Below are positions 1 to 7,084 of a stretch of DNA of 42,313 nucleotides, piece after piece; the first letter of the stretch is position 1; each line of letters starts with the position of its first letter. This DNA is from an uncultured Hormoscilla sp. (lineage in GTDB: Bacteria; Cyanobacteriota; Cyanobacteriia; Cyanobacteriales; Desertifilaceae). Where the stretch lies: positions 1 to 42,313 of the forward strand of contig CAWUFA030000005.1 in the NCBI GenBank assembly GCA_963921275.4. The letters run 5' to 3'. A model generated the notes under the pieces. The model saw nothing but the letters and a program-made list of their open reading frames with translations, did no database searches and was not told the DNA's origin. The position numbers and the translations under genes are program-made.

Positions 1-2
1 AA

Positions 3-644
3 TACCGCACACGCTATAACTCTATCGTAGCACACAATGGCCGGGGCGATCTGGATAATATATCGGCGCAGGTCTCGGACTTGGAAGGCGTTCAGGCCGT
101 GGCGGTTTTTGACAACGACACGGATGCCGAAGTAACCACACAGGGAACGGCTATAGCCGAACATTCCATATTAGTCGCAGTGCAGGGCGGGGATGATGAT
201 GAAATCGCTCAAGCGATTTTCAGAACCAAACCCGCCGGTATTCCAACCATTGGGGCAACGGTCATAAATATCGAACGGGAAATCGGGACAGATATCGTGG
301 TCCGATTTGCCCGCGTGACGGAAGTCCCTATCAGGTTTGTGCTCGATATCAGGGTCGGCCCGGCCTTTCCTGTTGCCGGTCTCGAATTAATTCAGACTCG
401 GTGCGTGGAATGGATCGGCGGAACATTCAACGCCCTCACAGGGCGGTTCGACACTACGGGTATTGGTATAGGCGAATCAATTGACGCCAGCCGGGCACTG
501 ACGCCGGTTCAATCTGTCCCAGGCCATGAGGTGATTTCTCTCTCGGTTCAGCTGCAGGATGGTTCAAATCTACCAACGGTTCAGGGGTTGACCAGCCGAT
601 ATACGCTGGTAGCAGATGATGTAAACATAACGATTTCGGCATGA
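3..644 (+). CDS. Baseplate J-like protein, C-terminal part (continues from 41375..42313 across the circular junction)
   Basis: Frame open from position 3 (YRTRYNSIVAHNG...); has V..V.V.DN.T, HSILVAVQGGDDDEIAQAIFRTKPAGI and VRFAR motifs typical of baseplate J. Confidence 0.9.
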   Translation, partial: YRTRYNSIVAHNGRGDLDNISAQVSDLEGVQAVAVFDNDTDAEVTTQGTAIAEHSILVAVQGGDDDEIAQAIFRTKPAGIPTIGATVINIEREIGTDIVVRFARVTEVPIRFVLDIRVGPAFPVAGLELIQTRCVEWIGGTFNALTGRFDTTGIGIGESIDASRALTPVQSVPGHEVISLSVQLQDGSNLPTVQGLTSRYTLVADDVNITISA

Positions 645-1363
645 CAGATATCCGCCCAGCCGCAAGCGAATTAATCACTCAATACCGTGAATCCGAAAAC
701 CTCAAGGGCTGGATTGACGGATGGCTCGACCTCACTCAGAGAGAAATTATCGACGGCCTTCAGGAGGTTCAGGATCAACTATCGCTCGACACGGCGGGCG
801 GGGTGTGGCTCGACTTCATAGGGGAACGGCTGGGATACAGCCGCCCAAACAGGCGGATGGACAATCTCTTATATTTTGGCTTCGGTACGTACAACGCAGC
901 GGGCGACCGGATGCCTGACGATCTTTTCACGGGGTGGAATCAAGAACCTTTCTACGACGCCGGTCAAGCCGTCATGGGAGTGGCACCGATCCCAGATAAC
1001 TGGTACAGGTCGATGTTAAAGGCGCGAGGCATATCCATAATAGGCGGGACTAGTATTGAGAATCTGGATCGGGTCGCACAGGCCCTTTTTAATTTGGCGT
1101 CATACGTAACAGAGACACCGACTATGACGGCGAACCGTTTCGGTTTCGCCCCTGACCCAGACCGGTTCATTCCGGCGGTGCACTCGAACGCAAATCAGAC
1201 TTGGGGCTATGCCCCGTTCGTCGGGGACAATTTGGAAATCAATCTGGTGATAACTATTATGGCACGGGACAGCCGCAAGGGGTTCATTCAATTTATCAGA
1301 GAACAAAATTTCTTTCCCCGTACAGCGGGTATAGGCTTGACAATTCAAGATGTAACGAGATAG
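641..1363 (+). CDS. DUF2612-like baseplate wedge protein
   Basis: LITQY.ES.NL and LDTAGGVWLDFIGERLGYSR motifs; directly follows baseplate J with ATGA overlap. Confidence 0.8.
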   Translation: MTDIRPAASELITQYRESENLKGWIDGWLDLTQREIIDGLQEVQDQLSLDTAGGVWLDFIGERLGYSRPNRRMDNLLYFGFGTYNAAGDRMPDDLFTGWNQEPFYDAGQAVMGVAPIPDNWYRSMLKARGISIIGGTSIENLDRVAQALFNLASYVTETPTMTANRFGFAPDPDRFIPAVHSNANQTWGYAPFVGDNLEINLVITIMARDSRKGFIQFIREQNFFPRTAGIGLTIQDVTR

Positions 1364-1372
1364 GTATTTGTC

Positions 1373-2248
1373 ATGACTAGATCAGCCCCGTCTTTATTAA
1401 TTCGCCCGTGGGCGACAAGCGCAACGGCGGATACCACAACGCCGGAAACGGTAGGTCTTGTTAGAGCAGACGGATGGCCGTCGACATATTCCCCGCCGGG
1501 GACTCTCGCGCCGCGCCGGGAAGTGTTCAATGAAATGTTCTCGGAGTTGTACGCGCTCGGCGATGACGTCAACCGTAACGGCGCACTGTTGCCGTGGTCA
1601 GATCAGTTAAACTACTATGAGCACGCCCGCGTATTAGGAAGCGACGGCCTGGTCTATCGGGCCGTGGTTGCAACCGGCCCCGCTACCAGCAACGCCGTGG
1701 ACCCGGCGACGAAAACAAATAGCAACGTCTGGGCCGATGGGGTCAACCCGAATACCGAGAACAGAATCCGACAGGTGGGATGGGTTGCTAACCAAGCAGC
1801 TGGCGGCGGCTCTGAGTCAATTACCGCCGCAGGAAATACCGTGGTAGAAACTTCCGCAAACATGACGACCGTTAGTATGACGTTCGACCGCGCGAATGTA
1901 AACGTTCTTATATGGGTCTGCGTGCCCTCAATTATTCGCCTGAACGATTCCAGGCTTCAACAGGTGCAGCCGCACTTAACGACTTTTGCTGATAGCAATT
2001 CTATTCAAACGCTGATTTTTGGCAATCGCACCAGCTTTACCAGCACGGCGAATTCGGACGACATGCATGTTGCGTCATCTTCTGTAGTATACAGAACCGG
2101 CGCTATCGGTGTTTATACTTTCACTTCTAAAATTGGAGTGACCGCGCCTAATAATTCTGTCGGAAGCATTTCAGTTTCCTGGGGTAATGCCGCCGGTCCG
2201 CGTAATCCAAATCCCGCGACAATGATTGTTATGGAGTTGGAAGATTGA
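1373..2248 (+). CDS. Tail fibre protein
   Basis: N-terminal GWP..Y..P....PRREVFN anchor motif, beta-rich C-terminus; position after the baseplate genes. Confidence 0.7.
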   Translation: MTRSAPSLLIRPWATSATADTTTPETVGLVRADGWPSTYSPPGTLAPRREVFNEMFSELYALGDDVNRNGALLPWSDQLNYYEHARVLGSDGLVYRAVVATGPATSNAVDPATKTNSNVWADGVNPNTENRIRQVGWVANQAAGGGSESITAAGNTVVETSANMTTVSMTFDRANVNVLIWVCVPSIIRLNDSRLQQVQPHLTTFADSNSIQTLIFGNRTSFTSTANSDDMHVASSSVVYRTGAIGVYTFTSKIGVTAPNNSVGSISVSWGNAAGPRNPNPATMIVMELED

Positions 2249-2580
2249 ATTTTGAAACCGCTATGGCTATTCATTGGAAATGGCCTTCCGAATTTATCAT
2301 TGAAGGCGATAATATCCGCCCAAAAATTAAGGGAGCGGGTACGAAAATTCCTACGGCTGTGCAGATCAAAAAAGCCGTAAAGGAATACAAAAAAGCACAG
2401 GCCGTCGTTCAGTGGATCGGCGAAAGAGAAATCGCGTATAACGCGGCGGGGCTTTCCATTAATCGACTAGCCGTCGCCCTCTTAGACGCCTACGAAGGCG
2501 ACAACACGGAAATCGACCAGTTCATTTCTGAACGTAATGCGGTAAGAAACCGCTCAGATTTTCCAACAAAACCGGAGTAA
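2245..2580 (+). CDS. Putative tail-fibre-associated/chaperone protein (paralog 1)
   Basis: Follows the fibre gene; similar to the next ORF (A..WK.P ... R...Y...GL....L.VAL.D...GD ... RN.VR..S.FP.KP). Confidence 0.5.
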   Translation: MNFETAMAIHWKWPSEFIIEGDNIRPKIKGAGTKIPTAVQIKKAVKEYKKAQAVVQWIGEREIAYNAAGLSINRLAVALLDAYEGDNTEIDQFISERNAVRNRSDFPTKPE

Positions 2581-2583
2581 AAA

Positions 2584-3030
2584 ATGGCATCGTTGCAGAA
2601 CAGAAGATACATGGGAACGAAACTCGCAGGCGAACCGCCGCACGAGGTCTGGTGGGCACTAGCCTGGAAATATCCCCAATACAGCCCGACCGATGTGCCG
2701 TTTCAAAACGGCGTTCAGATTTTTTTCCAAGGCGAGGATGATGACGAACCCTTTCCCGGACCGACGCCTTTCGTTTCCCTGATGAACGAATGGAGAATGT
2801 GGAAGTCCCAGACCGAGTGGAAAGCGGCGCGGCGCGAAGTATATGAAGAACACGGGTTGACGCTTCAGGTTTTGACTGTTGCTCTCATGGATAAAGAGGC
2901 TGGCGATTCCGCCCTGTGGAATGCGTACATTGCTCGCCGAAATTCGGTCCGGGCTCTTTCGACCTTCCCGGCGAAACCGACCAACGCGCTCGAATCTGAT
3001 CTTCAAAATATGCAGGCCGCTGTACCCTAA
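2584..3030 (+). CDS. Putative tail-fibre-associated/chaperone protein (paralog 2)
   Basis: Same C-terminal motif set as 2245..2580. Confidence 0.5.
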   Translation: MASLQNRRYMGTKLAGEPPHEVWWALAWKYPQYSPTDVPFQNGVQIFFQGEDDDEPFPGPTPFVSLMNEWRMWKSQTEWKAARREVYEEHGLTLQVLTVALMDKEAGDSALWNAYIARRNSVRALSTFPAKPTNALESDLQNMQAAVP

Positions 3031-3260
3031 TGGATGAGCGGCACCCCGATTGCTCTATGACGTCCGATGACCTTAAGTTGATTATGAAGAAACTTGGATG
3101 GAACAACGGAAACCTCAAATACGAATTAGGCATAAGTAGAAGAACGGCGCGCGGCTGGACGAACGGTTATTACGCAATCCCTTCTACTGTATCCAGATTG
3201 ATGCGGTTGATCGAGGTTTCGTACTTGGAAGAACACAAAGAAACGAAAGCCCCGTTATGA
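3030..3260 (+). CDS. Small HTH DNA-binding protein
   Basis: MTSDDLK...KKLGW....L..ELGISRRT..GW..G...IP pattern of XRE/Cro-like HTH. Confidence 0.65.
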   Translation: MDERHPDCSMTSDDLKLIMKKLGWNNGNLKYELGISRRTARGWTNGYYAIPSTVSRLMRLIEVSYLEEHKETKAPL

Positions 3261-3271
3261 ACGGAGTTTTT
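3247..3271 (+). terminator. Probable intrinsic terminator
   Basis: Imperfect hairpin gccccgtt-atg-aacggagt followed by a T tract. Confidence 0.4.
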
Positions 3272-3328
3272 GTTGCGGCAAATATTTCCTAATTTACAGG
3301 GATTGTTATCTGTGCGAAATTCCGAAAC

Positions 3329-3718
3329 ATGAATTTTAATTCAGAAGCAACAGTGTTAAAAACTGACGACCGTCTTGGACTGGTTATGGGATTCGCCATC
3401 GTCTGTACCGACAAAGGAAAGCCTTACGTGGATACGCAGGGCGATCACATTCCAGAAGCGGCTATGTTGAAAGCGGCGACTGATTTTATGGAAGATAACA
3501 GAACGGCGTCGGTGATGCACACCGGTATCGATGTAGGGCCTGTGGTGTTTGCCTGGCCGCTAACGCAAGACATTGCTGCGGCCCTTGGAATCCAGACAGA
3601 AAAAACCGGTCTATTAATTGGAATGAAGCCCGCACCAGAAATATACGAACGGTTCAAGTCTGGAGAGTTTACGGGGTTCAGCATTGGCGGGAAACGGATC
3701 ACGGATCAGGCGGCATGA
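3329..3718 (+). CDS. XkdF-like prohead serine protease
   Basis: D.QGDHI, VMH and KSGEFTGFSIGG motifs; upstream of scaffold and capsid genes. Confidence 0.85.
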   Translation: MNFNSEATVLKTDDRLGLVMGFAIVCTDKGKPYVDTQGDHIPEAAMLKAATDFMEDNRTASVMHTGIDVGPVVFAWPLTQDIAAALGIQTEKTGLLIGMKPAPEIYERFKSGEFTGFSIGGKRITDQAA

Positions 3719-4995
3719 ACGTTATGGAAGAATTCACGATTGAAGAAATATCCGCTGTTGACACGCCCGCGCAGGAAGGCGCGAAAGCGGTTATCATGAA
3801 ACGAAAGGAACCAGAAATGGCGACGAAGAAAATCGCGAAAACTGTAGCGAAAGATTGTCCAGAAAATCCTGACGATTGCTTGATAGATGATGATTGGGAC
3901 GATTTTTGGCTTCGTTATTCGGCGAAGGCCGAGGCGTTAAAGATTGATACCGTTGCCCTGAAGGCCGCTACCGAGGCCGCCGTAAAGGCTCGTGGATTGG
4001 CCGCCGTCAAGGCGATTGTTATGCCAGACGATATGCCGGACGATGAGTTAATTTACTTGCCGCCGATACCAGCTGAAAAAACCTGGGAAGATGGAATACC
4101 GTGGGACGGCGTGCCGTGGGACGGCAAGCCGCGCCCCGGCAAGCCGAGACCGCCGTTTACAATGGCGGACGACACGGACAAATCGAAGCCGCCTTATACC
4201 TTGCCAGGGGTTATTCCCTGGGATGGGAAAGGCACCCCACCACCGAATTGGAATTGGCTCTATTTGAGGGATGGAAAAATGATGGACGAAGAAAAAATGG
4301 ACGACACCGACAAGGCGAATCGAGGCGGGTATATATGGATGGATGGAGAGGGCCGACGCATTCTTTCTCGTGAAGGCTACCCTGATCAGGTCGTCGGGCA
4401 CCATGATGATTCTTATGAAATGATGGATGAAACCGATAAGGCGATAATTGGTCCATTTTCCGTTCCTGTTCCTGGCGGCGGGAAGTGGCCGCCAGACATT
4501 CCAAAAATGAAAGAAAAGGCGACCGCCAAAGGCGACGTTATTTACAAGGCCGCCGACGGTTCTGTTTACAGTAAAGGTGACGACCCTCGGCTTGTCGCAT
4601 TGGCGAAACGCCATGATGAAGCACAGGCCGAAATCGCCAAGGCAAAAGCAGAAGCAGAATGGCGTGAATACGAGAAACGGGCGGAAGCAGAATTGAACAA
4701 CTTCCCCGGCGGAACGGAGTACCGCGCCGCGCTTCTGAAGGCGATTGACGGTATGAATCAGCATCAGGCCGAAGCCGCCCAGGCATTGAAAGCTGCGAAC
4801 AACGCAATCGGTTCCGCCTTCGACCGGATGTCTGTGGAAGCCCGCCAGGACTTTGCGCCGTCTGGTTCAGAAAGTGAATTGAATAAACTTGCGAAAGCCT
4901 ATGCCGATAAACACGGCGGCACGCCTGAACAGGCGTACAGCGAAGTCCTGAAAACCGCTGAAGGCAAACGCCTTTACGCGAAAATGTATAACTAG
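3715..4995 (+). CDS. Capsid scaffolding protein with N-terminal protease-like EISxVDxPA segment
   Basis: EEISAVDTPAQEGA at the N-terminus, Ala/Lys/Glu-rich coiled-coil C-terminus; possible nested start at 3817 (AAGGA RBS); lies between protease and capsid genes. Confidence 0.7.
   Translation: MNVMEEFTIEEISAVDTPAQEGAKAVIMKRKEPEMATKKIAKTVAKDCPENPDDCLIDDDWDDFWLRYSAKAEALKIDTVALKAATEAAVKARGLAAVKAIVMPDDMPDDELIYLPPIPAEKTWEDGIPWDGVPWDGKPRPGKPRPPFTMADDTDKSKPPYTLPGVIPWDGKGTPPPNWNWLYLRDGKMMDEEKMDDTDKANRGGYIWMDGEGRRILSREGYPDQVVGHHDDSYEMMDETDKAIIGPFSVPVPGGGKWPPDIPKMKEKATAKGDVIYKAADGSVYSKGDDPRLVALAKRHDEAQAEIAKAKAEAEWREYEKRAEAELNNFPGGTEYRAALLKAIDGMNQHQAEAAQALKAANNAIGSAFDRMSVEARQDFAPSGSESELNKLAKAYADKHGGTPEQAYSEVLKTAEGKRLYAKMYN
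4162..4443 (+). repeat. Three dispersed M-x-D-D/E-T-D-K units (plus PWDG repeats nearby) in the scaffold gene
   Basis: atggcggacgacacggacaaa (~4162), atggacgacaccgacaaggcg (~4297), atgatggatgaaaccgataaggcg (~4420). Confidence 0.75.
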
Positions 4996-5008
4996 AGGAA
5001 ATTGAAAA

Positions 5009-5419
5009 ATGGCAGCAACGCAACAACCAAAAGTAGTGAATCTGGTGGCGGGCGAAGACCTGAACGGTGATTACGGGGCGGCGGTATCTCTGAACACCAG
5101 TGGACAGGTCGTGAAATCGACAACCGCCGGTCAGCTGGTGATCGGCGTCATTGCCGAGGACCCTGAGCGTACCACTGTAGCGGGCGATGACCGCGTACCC
5201 GTTGCATTGATTGCGGGCGGCGGCGTACTCCGTATCCGCGTAGGTAACGCGGCGGTTACCGCCGGTCAATTGCTCATTGCTAGCACAACGGCGGGCGGCG
5301 TTGCTGGTGTCGCTAACGTAAACGCCCTCACAGCTAATCAGGTCGCTTGTGGTGTTGCCCTAGAGGCAGGAGCTTCGTCTAATCTTATCGGCATGCTTGC
5401 GCATTCCGTTGCCAAATAA
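5009..5419 (+). CDS. Capsid decoration/cement protein (DUF2190-like)
   Basis: Gly/Ala/Val-rich 136 aa with AGEDL, IGV and GVALEA motifs, immediately upstream of the major capsid gene. Confidence 0.7.
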   Translation: MAATQQPKVVNLVAGEDLNGDYGAAVSLNTSGQVVKSTTAGQLVIGVIAEDPERTTVAGDDRVPVALIAGGGVLRIRVGNAAVTAGQLLIASTTAGGVAGVANVNALTANQVACGVALEAGASSNLIGMLAHSVAK

Positions 5420-5431
5420 GGAATATTGAAA

Positions 5432-6496
5432 ATGCCAATCTCTGAAAACTTCACCAAGGCAAGCGGCGGGTACTCTCAACCCTCTAGGGGCGATGTCCAT
5501 ATCAATCAGCCGCTGTCGAATATCTCGATTGCCTACATGCAGGCGGCTGATAACTTCGTTGCTTCTAAGGTGTTCCCCTCTATTCCCGTGGAGAAGCAAT
5601 CGGATGCTTTTTATGTTTATCCGCGCGGCGATTGGAACAGGTCATTCATGCAGGAGCGTGGACCTTCCACCGAAGCACCTAGGGGCACCTACGAAATTTC
5701 TAACGAGTTATACTTCGCGAAAGTTTACGCCGGTGCTCGATTGGTAGCCGATCAGATTCGCGCTAATCAAGACGCAGCCATTGATCTGGATCGAGAAGCC
5801 GTGGAGTTTCTTACGCATCAAGGATTGTTGATTCGTGAAATTCGCTGGGCCGAAAACTTCTTTCGTGACAGTCAATGGACCTTCCAATTGAACGGCGCAG
5901 GTTCACGGGCGGGCACGGTTGACCCGGCTAGCGGAACGGCAACAAACAGAAATGTTCTTCGTTGGTCTGATGCAGACAGCACGCCGATTGAGGATGTACG
6001 GCTATTAAAGCGTACGGTTCTGGGTGAGACGGGCTTCATGCCGAACACGCTCACTCTGGGACGGTCAGTGTTTGACACCCTCATTGATCACCCTGATATC
6101 GTTGGTCGGTTTGACCGGGGTCAGACAGAAGGCGGTGCCCTTGCGGGTGACGAATCCGCTCAGCGGATGCAACTGGCGGCGTTGCTTGGAGTGTCAGAAG
6201 TCTGGGTTATGGATGCCATTCAGAACACGGCCAACGAGGGCGCGACAGACGCTCATTCTTTCATTGGCGGCGATCACGCGCTGCTTTCGTACAAGCCTTC
6301 CACACCGGGCCTGATGACGCCCAGCGCGGGTTATACTTTCGCTTGGACGGGCTACGAAGGTGCTAGTGTTGAGGGCTCATGGATTTTCAAATATCGAAAC
6401 GATGAGACACGATCCGATGTGATTGAAAATGAAGTTGCTTTTGACCATAAGCAAATTGCGCCTGATCTTGGAGCGTTTTTTAATAGTATCATCTGA
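5432..6496 (+). CDS. Major capsid protein
   Basis: DVHINQPLSNISIAY, F.ASKVFP.IPV.KQSD and PSAGYTFAW motifs of lambda gpE-like capsid proteins; ATG at 5432 follows AAGGA. Confidence 0.9.
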   Translation: MPISENFTKASGGYSQPSRGDVHINQPLSNISIAYMQAADNFVASKVFPSIPVEKQSDAFYVYPRGDWNRSFMQERGPSTEAPRGTYEISNELYFAKVYAGARLVADQIRANQDAAIDLDREAVEFLTHQGLLIREIRWAENFFRDSQWTFQLNGAGSRAGTVDPASGTATNRNVLRWSDADSTPIEDVRLLKRTVLGETGFMPNTLTLGRSVFDTLIDHPDIVGRFDRGQTEGGALAGDESAQRMQLAALLGVSEVWVMDAIQNTANEGATDAHSFIGGDHALLSYKPSTPGLMTPSAGYTFAWTGYEGASVEGSWIFKYRNDETRSDVIENEVAFDHKQIAPDLGAFFNSII

Positions 6497-6702
6497 TGGC
6501 TGAAAAGAAACCGCTTAAGAGGATTAAAAATAACAGAGACTGGCGGCAGCGGTTTAACCCGCTTGCCGCTTTCGTCTGGCGGCGGCCCCTGATCTTTCGG
6601 GGAAAGAAGATGAAAGCCGGTGCAGCCATACCGAAAGCCTTGCGGGATAACGCCCGAAAGCTGCGGAAATTTTGGACGGCGAACGTTATTGAATTGGCCT
6701 GA
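6496..6702 (+). CDS. Small basic hypothetical protein
   Basis: Translationally coupled to the capsid gene (TGATG). Confidence 0.6.
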   Translation: MAEKKPLKRIKNNRDWRQRFNPLAAFVWRRPLIFRGKKMKAGAAIPKALRDNARKLRKFWTANVIELA

Positions 6703-6705
6703 CCG

Positions 6706-6960
6706 ATGGCGTTATTTTCCCGGTTCAGAAACACCCTAACAACGCCGCCTACCAGATCACAGCAGGCAACGGCGGGAACGGATCTGACTTTTGCAAATGC
6801 AACGCGGTCATTCATTCCACTGAACACCGGGGCGATCACCGTTCGGCTGCAGGATGATTCGACGGACAGGACCTTCGAGGTTCTGCAGGGTGCTCAATAT
6901 TCAATGAGGGTCAGTCATTTTCGGGCTGGCTCGACGGCGTCGATTGTAGGGCTCTGGTGA
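6706..6960 (+). CDS. Hypothetical structural protein (possible fibre base)
   Basis: In operon; short beta-rich protein. Confidence 0.5.
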   Translation: MALFSRFRNTLTTPPTRSQQATAGTDLTFANATRSFIPLNTGAITVRLQDDSTDRTFEVLQGAQYSMRVSHFRAGSTASIVGLW

Positions 6961-6961
6961 A

Positions 6962-7084
6962 ATGGATATCGGCCCGGCTCTGTTTTCTGTCTCGACGTTT
7001 TTCACGGCGTTCATAGGGTCAATCGGGGGCCGCCCAGGCAACCCGTTCTCACCCGGATTTTCTAACGCCTTCGGAGGCCCGTGA
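6962..7084 (+). CDS. 40-aa peptide MDIGPALFSVSTFFTAFIGSIGGRPGNPFSPGFSNAFGGP
   Basis: Exactly fills the gap between neighbours; TGA overlaps the next ATG; FS.GFS.AF motif. Confidence 0.55.
   Translation: MDIGPALFSVSTFFTAFIGSIGGRPGNPFSPGFSNAFGGP

Noticed and set aside
4048..5269. Long minus-strand ORFs (4048..4764, 4538..5269; also 11432..12094 and 35440..35994)
   Set aside because: Antisense shadows of well-supported plus-strand genes, with no recognisable motifs
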